Assembly: GCF_009914755.1 (NCBI RefSeq)
Contig: NC_060927.1
Strand: one strand, 5' to 3'
DNA: 64,000 nucleotides
Source of the DNA: the human T2T-CHM13v2.0 reference genome, Homo sapiens
Shown here one piece after another: positions 36,741 through 50,300 of this stretch. Below the pieces are notes generated by a model. It was not told the origin of the DNA and searched no databases. It worked only from the letters and a program-made list of their open reading frames with translations. Each line of letters starts with the position of its first letter. The stretch's first letter is position 1. The translations under genes and the position numbers were made by a program.

Positions 36741-39481
36741 GCTGCAAATCTGCGAGTTGAAAGCACACATCGCAAAGAAGTTGATGAGAATTCTTCTGTC
36801 TAGTTTTGTAGGAAGAAGTCACGTCTCAAACGAAGGCCACAAAGAGGTCCAAATCTCCACTTGGAGATTCAACAAAAAGAGTTTTTCAAAACTGCTCCGT
36901 CAAGAGGAATATTCAACTCTGAGAGTTGAAGGCAGGTATCACAAAGTAGTTTCCGACAACGCTTCTGTTTAGATTTTATGTGAAGACATTCCCTTTTGTA
37001 TCACAGGCCTGAAAGCACTCTAAATATAGAATTGCAAATTCCACAGAAAGAGTGTTTAAAACCGCTCTATCCAAAGAAAGGTTAAACTCTGTCAGCTGAA
37101 GGCGCACATCACAAAGTAGCTTCAGAGAACAATTATGTCTAGTTTCTCTGTGAAGATATTTTCTCTTCTACATAGGCCTGAAACCGCTCTAAATATTCAC
37201 TTGGAAATTCCACAAAAAGACTATTTCAACACTCTTCTATCAAAAGGAAGGTTGAACTCTGAGAGTTAAATGCACACATCACAAAGAAGTTTCTGGGAAT
37301 TCTTCTGTCAAGGTTTATATGAAGAAATCCCGTTTCCATGGAAGGCCTCAAAAAAGTCCAAATATTTACTTGCAGATTCTACAAAAAGAGTGTTTCATAA
37401 CTGGTCTATCAAAAGAAAGGTTAAACTCAGTGAGTTGAACCCACACATCACAAAGTAGTTTCTGAGAATCATTCTGTCTAGTTTTCCTGCGAAGATATTG
37501 CCTTTTCTACCATAGGCCTCAAACGCCGCTAAATATCCACCTGGAAATTCTACAAAAACTGAGTTTCAGAAGTGCTCTATTGAAAGGAAGCTTCAACTCT
37601 GTGAGTTGAAGGTACACATCACAAAGAAGTTTCTGAGAATTCTTCTGTCTAGTTGTAAATGAAGAAATCACGTTTCACACGAAGGCCACAAAGAGGTCCA
37701 AATATCCACTTGCAGATTCTACAAGAAGAGTGTTTCGTAACTGGTCTATCAAAAGAAAGGTTAAACTCAGTGAGTTGAACCCACACATCACAAAGTAGTT
37801 TCTGAGAATCATTCTGTCTAGTTTTCCTGCGAAGATATTGCCTTTTCTAACATAGGCCTCAAACGGCGCTAAATATCCCCCTGGAAATTCTACAAAAACT
37901 GAGTTTCAGAAGTGCTCTATTGAAAGGAAGCTTCAACTCTGTGAGTTGAAGGTACACATCACAAAGAAGTTTCTGAGAATTCTTCTGTCTAGTTGTAAAT
38001 GAAGAAATCACGCTTCAAACGAAGGCCACAAAGAGGTCCAAATATCCACTTGCAGATTCTACAAAAAGAGTGTTTCAAAACGGCTCCATCAAGAGGAATG
38101 TTCAACTCTGTGCGTTGAATGCAAATATCACAAATAAGTTTCTGACAATACTTCTGTCTAGTTTTTATGTGAAGATATTTCCTTTCCTACTGTAGGCCTC
38201 AAAACGCTCTAAAGAGACACTTGCAAATTCCACAAAAAGAGGGTTTCAAAACTGCTCTATCAAAGGAAGTTTAAACTCTGTAAGCTGAATGCAAGCATCA
38301 CAAAACAGCTTCGGAGAATGAATCTGCCTAGTTTTTCTGTGAAGATATTTCTTTTTCTGCCATAGACCTCAAACCGCTGTGAAAATCCACTTGGAAATCC
38401 TACAAAAAGAGTATGTCAAAACTCTTCTATCGAAAGGAAGTTTCAACTCCGTGAGTTAAATGCACATACCACAAATAATTTTCTGAGGATTCTTCTTTGA
38501 AGTTTTACATGAAGAAATCCCGTTTCCAAAGATGGCCTCAGAAAAGTCCCAATATACCCTTGCAGATTCTACAAAAAGAGTTTTTCAAAACTGCTCTATC
38601 CAAAGAAAGGTTAAAGTCTGTGAGTTGAAGGCACACATCACAAAGTAGTTTCTGAGAATCATTCTGTCTAGTTTTTCTATGAAGATATTGCCTTTTCCAC
38701 CATAGGCCTCAAACGGCGCTAAATATCCACTTGGAAATTCTACAAAAAGAGAGTTACAAAACTGCTCTATCGAAAGGAAGCTGCAACTCTGCGAGTTGAA
38801 AGCACACATCGCGAAGAAGTTGATGAGAATTCTTCTGTCTAGTTTTGTATGAAGAAGTCACGTCTCAAACGAAGGCCACAAAGAGGTCCAAATATCCACT
38901 TGGAGATTCAACAAAAAGAGTTTTTCAAAACTGCTCCGTCAGGAGGAATATTCAACTCTGAGAGTTGAGGGCAGGTATCACAAAGTAGTTTCCGACAACG
39001 CTTCTGTCTAGATTTTATGTGAAGACATTCCCTTTTGTACCACAGGCCTGAAAGCACTCTAAATATAGAATTGCAAATTCCACAGAAAGAGTGCTTAAAA
39101 CCGCTCTATCCAAAGAAAGTTTCAACTCTGTCAGCTGAAGGCGCACATCACAAAGTAGCTGCAGAGAACAATTATGTCTAGTTTCTCTGTGAAGATATTT
39201 TCTCTTCTACATAGGCCTGAAACCGCTCTAAATATTCACATGAAAATTCTAGAAGAAGAATATTTCAACACTCTTCTGTCAAAAGGAAGGTTGAACTCTG
39301 AGAGTTAAATGCACACATCACAAAGAAGTTTCTGGGAATTCTTCTGTCAAGGTTTCTATGAAGAAATCCCGTTTCCAATGAAGGCCTCAAAAAAGTCCAA
39401 AAATTTACTTGCAGATTCCACAAAAAGAGTGTTTCATAACTGGTCTATCAAAAGAAAGGTTAACTCAGTGAGTTGAACCCA
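36741..39481 (-). repeat. First patch of HOR-type alpha-satellite: one 12-mer variant unit (36741-38779) plus a partial unit
   Basis: HOR-diagnostic strings start here (gaagttgatgagaattc, gcaggtatcac, gacattcccttttg, actggtctatc, aaagagacacttg). The anchor gctgcaa recurs at 36741 and 38780, a spacing of 2039 = 1699+340. Confidence 0.9.
37390..38069 (-). repeat. Two-monomer (340-bp) tandem duplication within a HOR unit, giving a 12-mer structural variant
   Basis: tgtttc(a/g)taactggtctatc occurs at 37391 and 37731, each followed by tttcctgcgaagatattgcc and gagtttcagaagtgctc. Confidence 0.9.
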
Positions 39482-41312
39482 CACATCACAAAGTAGTTTC
39501 TGAGAATCATTCTGTCTAGTTTTTCTAGGAAGATATTGTGTTTTCTACCATAGGCCTCAAACAGCTCTAAATATCCACTTGGAAATTCGAAAAAAAGGGT
39601 TTCAAAACTGCTGTATCGAATTGAAGGTTCAAATCTGTGAGTTGAAAGCACACATCACAAAGAAGTTTCTTAGACTTCTTCTCTCTAGTTTTATATGAAG
39701 AAATCACGTTTTCAAACGAAGGCCACAAAGAGGTCCAAATATCCATTTGCACATTCCACAAAAAGAGTGTTTCAAAACTCCTCTATCAAGAGCAATGTTC
39801 AACTCTGTGAGTTGAATGCAAATATCACAAAATCGTTTCTGACAATCCTGTCTAGTTTTTATGTTATTTCCTTTTCTACCATAGGCCTCAAAGCACGATA
39901 TATATGCACTTGCAAATTCCCCCAAAAGGGTGTTTCAAACCTGATCTATCAAAAGGAATGTTAAACTCCATAAGCTCAATGCACAAATCACAATGTAGTT
40001 TATGAGAATGATTCTGTCTAGTTTCTCTATTAAGATATTTCATTTTCCACCACAAGCCTCAAACCGCTCTAAATATCCACTTGGAAATTCTACAAAAGGC
40101 TATTTCAAAGCTGCTCTATCGACAGGAAGCTTCAACTCTGTGAGTTGAATGCACACATCACAGAGAAGTTTCTGAGAATTCTTCTGCCAAGTTTTATATG
40201 AAGGAGTCCCGCTTCCAAAGAAGACCTCATAAAAGTCCAAATATTCACTTGCAGATTCTACCCAAAGAGTGTTTCAAAACTGCTCTATGAAAAGAAAGGT
40301 TAAACTCTGAGAGTTGAACGCACACATCACAAAGTAGTTTCTGAGAATCATTCTGTCTACTTTCTCTATGAAGATATTGCCTTTCCTACCGTAGGCCTCA
40401 AACGGCGCTAAATATCCACTTGGATATTCTACAATAAGAGAGTTTTAAAACTGCTCTATTGAAAGGATGGTTAAACTCTGTGAGTTGAAATCATACAGCA
40501 GAAAGAAGTTTCTGAGAATTCTTCCCTCTAGTTTTCTATGAAGAAATCACGTTTCAAACGAACATAACAAAGAGGTCCAAATATCCAAATGCAGATTCTA
40601 CAAAAAGGATATTTCAAAACTGCTCTGTCAAGAGGAACGTTCAACTCTGTGAGTTGAATGCAAATAAAACAAAGTAGTTTCTGACAATGCTTCTGTCTAG
40701 TTTTTATGTAAAGATATATCATTTTCTACCGCAGGCTTCGAAGTGCTCTAAATATACACTTGCAAATTCCACAAAAAGAGTGGTTCAAAACTGCTCTATC
40801 AAAAGAAACGTTAAACTCTGTAACCTGAATGCACACACCACAAAGTAGTTTCTGATAACTATTCTATCTGGTTTTTCTATGAAGATATTTCCTTTTCTAC
40901 CATAGGCCTCAAACCGCACTAAATATCCACTTGGAGATTCTGAAAAAAGATTATTTCAAAATTACTCTATCGAAAGGAAGGTTCAGCTCTGTGAGTTGAT
41001 GCACACCTCCCAAATAAGTTACTGACAATTCTTCTGTCAGGTTGAAGAAATCCCGTTTCCAACGAAGGCCTCAAGAAAGTCCAAATATTCACTTGCAGAT
41101 TCCACGAAAAGAGTGTTTCAAAACCGCTCTATCAAAAGAAAGCTTCAATTCTGTGAGTTAAACGCACACATCTCAAAGCAGTTTCTGAGAATCATTCTGT
41201 CTAGTTTTTCTACGAAGATATTGCCTTTTCTACCATAGGCCTCGAACGGCGCTAAATATCCACTTGGAAATACTACAAAAAGAGAGTTTCAAAACTCCTC
41301 TATCGAAAGGAA
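39482..41312 (-). repeat. Duplicated copy of the terminal ~1.8 kb (~11 monomers) of the divergent layer (donor 34910-36740), embedded in HOR sequence
   Basis: Near-identical to 34910-36740 at offset 4572. Identical ORF translations occur at 34995/39567, 35123/39695, 35132/39704 and 35956/40528. Confidence 0.95.
41051..41067 (-). other. CENP-B box, intact (last one seen in the window; duplicate of 36479)
   Basis: tcccgtttccaacgaag at offset 4572 from 36479. Confidence 0.9.
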
Positions 41313-44300
41313 GCTGCAAATCTGCGAGTTGAAAGCACACATCGCAAAGAAGTTGATGAGAATTCTTCTGTCTAGTTTTGTAGGAAGAAGTCACGTCTCA
41401 AACGAAGGCCACAAAGAGGTCCAAATCTCCACTTGGAGATTCAACAAAAAGAGTTTTTCAAAACTGCTCCGTCAAGAGGAATATTCAACTCTGAGAGTTA
41501 AAGGCAGGTATCACAAAGTAGTTTCCGACAACGCATCTGTCTAGATTTTATGTGAAGACATTCCCTTTTGTACCACAGGCCTGAAAGCACTCTAAATATA
41601 GAATTGCAAATTCCACAGAAAGAGTGCTTAAAACCGCTCTATCCAAAGAAAGGTTAAACTCTGTCCGCTGAAGGCGCACATCACAAAGTAGCTGCAGAGA
41701 ACAATTATGTCTAGTTTCTCTGTGAAGATATTTTCTCTTCTACATAGGCCTGAAACCGCTCTAAATATTCACTTGGAAATTCTAGAAAAAGAATATTTCA
41801 ACACTCTTCTGTCAAAAGGAAGGTTGAACTCTGAGAGTTAAATGCACACATCACAAAGAAGTTTCTGGGAATTCTTCTGTCAAGGTTTCTATGAAGAAAT
41901 CCCGTTTCCAATGAAGGCCTCAAAAAAGTCCAAATATTTACTTGCAGATTCTACAAAAACAGTGTTTCGTAACTGGTCTATCAAAAGAAAGCTTAAACTC
42001 AGTGAGTTGAACCCACACATCACAAAGTAGTTTCTGAGAATCATTCTGTCTAGTTTTCCTGCGAAGATATTGCCTTTTCTAACATAGGCCTCAAACGGCG
42101 CTAAATATCCCCCTGGAAATTCTACAAAAACTGAGTTTCAGAAGTGCTCTATTGAAAGGAAGCTTCAACTCTGTGAGTTGAAGGTACACATCACAAAGAA
42201 GTTTCTGAGAATTCTTCTGTCTAGTTGTAAATGAAGAAATCACGTTTCACACGAAGGCCACAAAGAGGTCCAAATATCCACTTGCAGATTCTACAAAAAG
42301 AGTGTTTCAAAACGGCTCCATCAAGAGGAATGTTCAACTCTGTGCGTTGAATGCAAATATCACAAATAAGTTTCTGACAATACTTCTGTCTAGTTTTTAT
42401 GTGAAGATATTTCCTTTCCTACTGTAGGCCTCAAAACGCTCTAAAGAGACACTTGCAAATTCCACAAAAAGAGGGTTTCAAAACTGCTCTATCAAAGGAA
42501 GTTTAAACTCTGTAAGCTGAATGCAAGCATCACAAAACAGCTTCGGAGAATGAATCTGCCTAGTTTTTCTGTGAAGATATTTCTTTTTCTGCCATAGACC
42601 TCAAACCGCTGTGAAAATCCACTTGGAAATCCTACAAAAAGAGTATGTCAAAACTCTTCTATCGAAAGGAAGTTTCAACTCCATGAGTTAAATGCACATA
42701 CCACAAATAATTTTCTGAGGATTCTTCTTTGAAGTTTTACATGAAGAAATCCCGTTTCCAAAGATGGCCTCAGAAAAGTCCCAATATACCCTTGCAGATT
42801 CTACAAAAAGAGTTTTTCAAAACTGCTCTATCCAAAGAAAGGTTAAAGTCTGTGAGTTGAAGGCACACATCACAAAGTAGTTTCTGAGAATCATTCTGTC
42901 TAGTTTTTCTATGAAGATATTGCCTTTTCCACCATAGGCCTCAAACGGCGCTAAATATCCACTTGGAAATTCTACAAAAAGAGAGTTACAAAACTGCTCT
43001 ATCGAAAGGAAGCTGCAACTCTGCGAGTTGAAAGCACACATCGCGAAGAAGTTGATGAGAATTCTTCTGTCTAGTTTTGTATGAAGAAGTCACGTCTCAA
43101 ACGAAGGCCACAAAGAGGTCCAAATATCCACTTGGAGATTCCACAAAAAGAGTTTTTCAAAACTGCTCCGTCAAGAGGAATATTCAACTCTGAGAGTTGA
43201 GGGCAGGTATCACAAACTAGTTTCCGACAACGCTTCTGTCTAGATTTTATGTGAAGACATTCCCTTTTGTACCACAGGCCTGAAAGCACTCTAAATATAG
43301 AATTGCAAATTCCACAGAAAGAGTGCTTAAAACCGCTCTATCCAAAGAAAGGTTAAACTCTGTCCGCTGAAGGCGCACATCACAAAGTAGCTGCAGAGAA
43401 CAATTATGTCTAGTTTCTCTGTGAAGATATTTTCTCTTCTACATAGGCCTGAAACCGCTCTAAATATTCACTTGGAAACTCTAGAAAAAGAATATTTCAA
43501 CACTCTTCTGTCAAAAGGAAGGTTGAACTCTGAGAGTTAAATGCACACATCACAAAGAAGTTTCTGGGAATTCTTCTGTCAAGGTTTCTATGAAGAAATC
43601 CCGTTTCCAATGAAGGCCTCAAAAAAGTCCAAATATTTACTTGCAGATTCTACAAAAAGAGTGTTTCGTAACTGGTCTATCAAAAGAAAGCTTAAACTCA
43701 GTGAGTTGAACCCACACATCACAAAGTAGTTTCTGAGAATCATTCTGTCTAGTTTTCCTACGAAGATATTGCCTTTTCTACCATAGGCCTCAAACGGCGC
43801 TAAATATCCACCTGGAAATTCTACAAAAACTGAGTTTCAAAAGTGCTCTATTGAAAGGAAGCTTCAACTCTGTGAGTTGAAGGTACACATCACAAAGAAG
43901 TTTCTGAGAATTCTTCTGTCTAGTTGTCAATGAAGAAATCACGTTTCACACGAAGGCCACAAAGAGGTCCAAATATCCACTTGCAGATTCTACAAAAAGA
44001 GTGTCTCAAAACGGCTCCATCAAGAGGAATGTTCAACTCTGTGCGTTGAATGCAAATATCACAAATAAGTTTCTGACAATACTTCCGTCTAGTTTTTATG
44101 TGAAGATATTTCCTTTCCTACTGTAGGCCTCAAAACGCTCTAAAGAGACACTTGCAAATTCCACAAAAAGAGGGTTTCAAAACTGCTCTATCAAAGGAAG
44201 TTTAAACTCTGTAAGCTGAATGCAAGCATCACAAAACAGCTTCGGAGAATGAATCTGCCTAGTTTTTCTGTGAAGATATTTCTTTTTCTGCCATAGACCT

Positions 44301-47300
44301 CAAACCGCTGTGAAAATCCACTTGGAAATCCTACAAAAAGAGTATGTCAAAACTCTTCTAGCGAAAGGAAGTTTCAACTCCATGAGTTAAATGCACATAC
44401 CACAAATAATTTTCTGAGGATTCTTCTTTGAAGTTTTATATGAAGAAATCCCGTTTCCAAAGATGGCCTCAGAAAAGTCCCAATATACCCTTGCAGATTC
44501 TACAAAAAGAGTTTTTCAAAACTGCTCTATCCAAAGAAAGGTTAAACTCTGTGAGTTGAAGGCACACATCACAAAGTAGTTTCTGAGAATCATTCTGTCT
44601 AGTTTTTCTATGAAGATATTGCCTTTTCCACCATAGGCCTCAAACGGCGCTAAATATCCACTTGGAAATTCTACAAAAAGAGAGTTACAAAACTGCTCTA
44701 TCGAAAGGAAGCTGCAACTCTGCGAGTTGAAAGCACACATCGCGAAGAAGTTGGTGAGAATTCTTCTGTCTAGTTTTGTATGAAGAAGTCACGTCTCAAA
44801 CGAAGGCCACAAAGAGGTCCAAATATCCACTTGGAGATTCAACAAAAAGAGTTTTTCAAAACTGCTCCGTCAGGAGGAATATTCAACTCTGAGAGTTGAG
44901 GGCAGGTATCACAAACTAGTTTCCGACAACGCTTCTGTCTAGATTTTATGTGAAGACATTCCCTTTTGTACCACAGGCCTGAAAGCACTCTAAATATAGA
45001 ATTGCAAATTCCACAGAAAGAGTGCTTAAAACCGCTCTATCCAAAGAAAGGTTAAACTCTGTCCGCTGAAGGCGCACATCACAAAGTAGCTTCAGAGAAC
45101 AATTATGTCTAGTTTCTCTGTGAAGATATTTTCTCTTCTACATAGGCCTGAAACCGCTCTAAATATTCACTTGGAAACTCTAGAAAAAGAATATTTCAAC
45201 ACTCTTCTGTCAAAAGGAAGGTTGAACTCTGAGAGTTAAATGCACACATCACAAAGAAGTTTCTGGGAATTCTTCTGTCAAGGTTTCTATGAAGAAATCC
45301 CGTTTCCAATGAAGGCCTCAAAAAAGTCCAAATATTTACTTGCAGATTCTACAAAAAGAGTGTTTCGTAACTGGTCTATCAAAAGAAAGCTTAAACTCAG
45401 TGAGTTGAACCCACACATCACAAAGTAGTTTCTGAGAATCATTCTGTCTAGTTTTCCTACGAAGATATTGCCTTTTCTACCATAGGCCTCAAACGGCGCT
45501 AAATATCCACCTGGAAATTCTACAAAAACTGAGTTTCAAAAGTGCTCTATTGAAAGGAAGCTTCAACTCTGTGAGTTGAAGGTACACATCACAAAGAAGT
45601 TTCTGAGAATTCTTCTGTCTAGTTGTCAATGAAGAAATCACGTTTCACACGAAGGCCACAAAGTGGTCCAAATATCCACTTGCAGATTCTACAAAAAGAG
45701 TGTCTCAAAATGGCTCCATCAAGAGGAATGTTCAACTCTGTGCGTTGAATGCCAATATCACAAATAAGTTTCTGACAATACTTCCGTCTAGTTTTTATGT
45801 GAAGATATTTCCTTTCCTACTGTAGGCCTCAAAACGCTCTAAAGAGACACTTGCAAATTCCACAAAAAGAGGGTTTCAAAACTGCTCTATCAAAGGAAGT
45901 TTAAACTCTTTAAGCTGAATGCAAGCATCACAAAACAGCTTCGGAGAATGAATCTGCCTAGTTTTTCTGTGAAGATATTTCTTTTTCTGCCATAGACCTC
46001 AAACCGCTGTGAAAATCCACTTGGAAATCCTACAAAAAGAGTATGTCAAAACTCTTCTAGCGAAAGGAAGTTTCAACTCCATGAGTTAAATGCACATACC
46101 ACAAATAATTTTCTGAGGATTCTTCTTTGAAGTTTTATATGAAGAAATCCCGTTTCCAAAGATGGCCTCAGAAAAGTCCCAATATACCCTTGCAGATTCT
46201 ACAAAAAGAGTTTTTCAAAACTGCTCTATCCAAAGAAAGGTTAAACTCTGTGAGTTGAAGGCACACATCACAAAGTAGTTTCTGAGAATCATTCTGTCTA
46301 GTTTTTCTATGAAGATATTGCCTTTTCCACCATAGGCCTCAAACGGCGCTAAATATCCACTTGGAAATTCTACAAAAAGAGAGTTACAAAACTGCTCTAT
46401 CGAAAGGAAGCTGCAACTCTGCGAGTTGAAAGCACACATCGCGAAGAAGTTGGTGAGAATTCTTCTGTCTAGTTTTGTATGAAGAAGTCACGTCTCAAAC
46501 GAAGGCCACAAAGAGGTCCAAATATCCACTTGGAGATTCAACAAAAAGAGTTTTTCAAAACTGCTCCATCAAGAGGAATATTCAACTCTGAGAGTTGAGG
46601 GCAGGTATCACAAACTAGTTTCCGACAACGCTTCTGTCTAGATTTTATGTGAAGACATTCCCTTTTGTACCACAGGCCTGAAAGCACTCTAAATATAGAA
46701 TTGCAAATTCCACAGAAGGAGTGCTTAAAACCGCTCTATCCAAAGAAAGGTTAAACTCTGTCCGCTGAAGGCGCACATCACAAAGTAGCTGCAGAGAACA
46801 ATTATGTCTAGTTTTCTGTGAAGATATTTTCTCTTCTACATAGGCCTGAAACCGCTCTAAATATTCACTTGGAAACTCTAGAAAAAGAATATTTCAACAC
46901 TCTTCTGTCAAAAGGAAGGTTGAACTCTGAGAGTTAAATGCACACATCACAAAGAAGTTTCTGGGAATTCTTCTGTCAAGGTTTCTATGAAGAAATCCCG
47001 TTTCCAATGAAGGCCTCAAAAAAGTCCAAATATTTACTTGCAGATTCTACAAAAAGAGTGTTTCATAACTGGTCTATCAAAAGAAAGGTTAAACTCAGTG
47101 AGTTGAACCCACACATCACAAAGTAGTTTCTGAGAATCATTCTGTCTAGTTTTCCTACGAAGATATTGCCTTTTCTACCATAGGCCTCAAACGGTGCTAA
47201 ATATCCACCTGGAAATTCTACAAAAACTGAGTTTCAAAAGTGCTCTATTGAAAGGAAGCTTCAACTCTGTGAGTTGAAGGTACACATCACAAAGAAGTTT

Positions 47301-50300
47301 CTGAGAATTCTTCTATCTAGTTGTCAATGAAGAAATCACGTTTCACACGAAGGCCACAAAGAGGTCCAAATATCCACTTGCAGATTCTACAAAAAGTGTC
47401 TCAAAACGGCTCCATCAAGAGGAATGTTCAACTCTGTGCGTTGAATGCAAATATCACAAATAAGTTTCTGACAATACTTCCGTCTAGTTTTTATGTGAAG
47501 ATATTTCCTTTCCTAGTGTAGGCCTCAAAACGCTCTAAAGAGACACATGCAAATTCCACAAAAAGAGGGTTTCAAAACTGCTCTATCAAAGGAAGTTTAA
47601 ACTCTGTAAGCTGAATGCAAGCATCACAAAACAGCTTCGGAGAATGAATCTGCCTAGTTTTTCTGTGAAGATATTTCTTTTTCTGCCATAGACCTCAAAC
47701 CGCTGTGAAAATCCACTTGGAAATCCTACAAAAAGAGTATGTCAAAACTCTTCTAGCGAAAGGAAGTTTCAACTCCATGAGTTAAATGCACATACCACAA
47801 ATAATTTTCTGAGGATTCTTCTTTGAAGTTTTATATGAAGAAATCCCGTTTCCAAAGATGGCCTCAGAAAAGTCCCAATATACCCTTGCAGATTCTACAA
47901 AAAGAGTTTTTCAAAACTGCTCTATCCAAAGAAAGGTTAAACTCTGTGAGTTGAAGGCACACATCACAAAGTAGTTTCTGAGAATCATTCTGTCTAGTTT
48001 TTCTATGAAGATATTGCCTTTTCCACCATAGGCCTCAAACGGCGCTAAATATCCACTTGGAAATTCTACAAAAAGAGAGTTACAAAACTGCTCTATCGAA
48101 AGGAAGCTGCAACTCTGCGAGTTGAAAGCACACATCGCGAAGAAGTTGATGAGAATTCTTCTGTCTAGTTTTGTATGAAGAAGTCACGTCTCAAACGAAG
48201 GCCACAAAGAGGTCCAAATATCCACTTGGAGATTCAACAAAAAGAGTTTTTCAAAACTGCTCCGTCAAGAGGAATATTCAACTCTGAGAGTTGAGGGCAG
48301 GTATCACAAACTAGTTTCCGACAACGCTTCTGTCTAGATTTTATGTGAAGACATTCCCTTTTGTACCACAGGCCTGAAAGCACTCTAAATATAGAATTGC
48401 AAATTCCACAGAAAGAGTGCTTAAAACCGCTCTATCCAAAGAAAGGTTAAACTCTGTCCGCTGAAGGCGCACATCACAAAGTAGCTGCAGAGAACAATTA
48501 TGTCTAGTTTCTCTGTGAAGATATTTTCTCTTCTACATAGGCCTGAAACCGCTCTAAATATTCACTTGGAAACTCTAGAAAAAGAATATTTCAACACTCT
48601 TCTGTCAAAAGGAAGGTTGAACTCTGAGAGTTAAATGCACACATCACAAAGAAGTTTCTGGGAATTCTTCTGTCAAGGTTTCTATGAAGAAATCCCGTTT
48701 CCAATGAAGGCCTCAAAAAAGTCCAAATATTTACTTGCAGATTCTACAAAAAGAGTGTTTCGTAACTGGTCTATCAAAAGAAAGGTTAAACTCAGTGAGT
48801 TGAACCCACACATCACAAAGTAGTTTCTGAGAATCATTCTGTCTAGTTTTCCTACGAAGATATTGCCTTTTCTACCATAGGCCTCAAACGGCGCTAAATA
48901 TCCACCTGGAAATTCTACAAAAACTGAGTTTCAAAAGTGCTCTATTGAAAGGAAGCTTCAACTCTGTGAGTTGAAGGTACACATCACAAAGAAGTTTCTG
49001 AGAATTCTTCTGTCTAGTTGTCAATGAAGAAATCACGTTTCACACGAAGGCCACAAAGAGGTCCAAATATCCACTTGCAGATTCTACAAAAAGAGTGTCT
49101 CAAAACGGCTCCATCAAGAGGAATGTTCAACTCTGTGCGTTGAATGCAAATATCACAAATAAGTTTCTGACAATACTTCCGCTTAGTTTTTATGTGAAGA
49201 TATTTCCTTTCCTACTGTAGGCCTCAAAACGCTCTAAAGAGACACTTGCAAATTCCACAAAAAGAGGGTTTCAAAACTGCTCTATCAAAGGAAGTTTAAA
49301 CTCTGTAAGCTGAATGCAAGCATCACAAAACAGCTTCGGAGAATGAATCTGCCTAGTTTTTCTGTGAAGATATTTCTTTTTCTGCCATAGACCTCAAACC
49401 GCTGTGAAAATCCACTTGGAAATCCTACAAAAAGAGTATGTCAAAACTCTTCTAGCGAAAGGAAGTTTCAACTCCATGAGTTAAATGCACATATCACAAA
49501 TAATTTTCTGAGGATTCTTCTTTGAAGTTTTATATGAAGAAATCCCGTTTCCAAAGATGGCCTCAGAAAAGTCCCAATATACCCTTGCAGATTCTACAAA
49601 AAGAGTTTTTCAAAACTGCTCTATCCAAAGAAAGGTTAAACTCTGTGAGTTGAAGGCACACATCACAAAGTAGTTTCTGAGAATCATTCTGTCTAGTTTT
49701 TCTATGAAGATATTGCCTTTTCCACCATAGGCCTCAAACGGCGCTAAATATCCACTTGGAAATTCTACAAAAAGAGAGTTACAAAACTGCTCTATCGAAA
49801 GGAAGCTGCAACTCTGCGAGTTGAAAGCACACATCGCGAAGAAGTTGGTGAGAATTCTTCTGTCTAGTTTTGTATGAAGAAGTCACGTCTCAAACGAAGG
49901 CCACAAAGAGGTCCAAATATCCACTTGGAGATTCCACAAAAAGAGTTTTTCAAAACTGCTCCGTCAAGAGGAATATTCAACTCTGAGAGTTGAGGGCAGG
50001 TATCACAAAGTAGTTTCCGACAACGCTTCTGTCTAGATTTTATGTGAAGACATTCCCTTTTGTACCACAGGCCTGAAAGCACTCTAAATATAGAATTGCA
50101 AATTCCACAGAAGGAGTGCTTAAAACCGCTCTATCCAAAGAAAGGTTAAACTCTGTCCGCTGAAGGCGCACATCACAAAGTAGCTGCAGAGAACAATTAT
50201 GTCTAGTTTCTCTGTGAAGATATTTTCTCTTCTACATAGGCCTGAAACCGCTCTAAATATTCACTTGGAAACTCTAGAAAAAGAATATTTCAACACTCTT

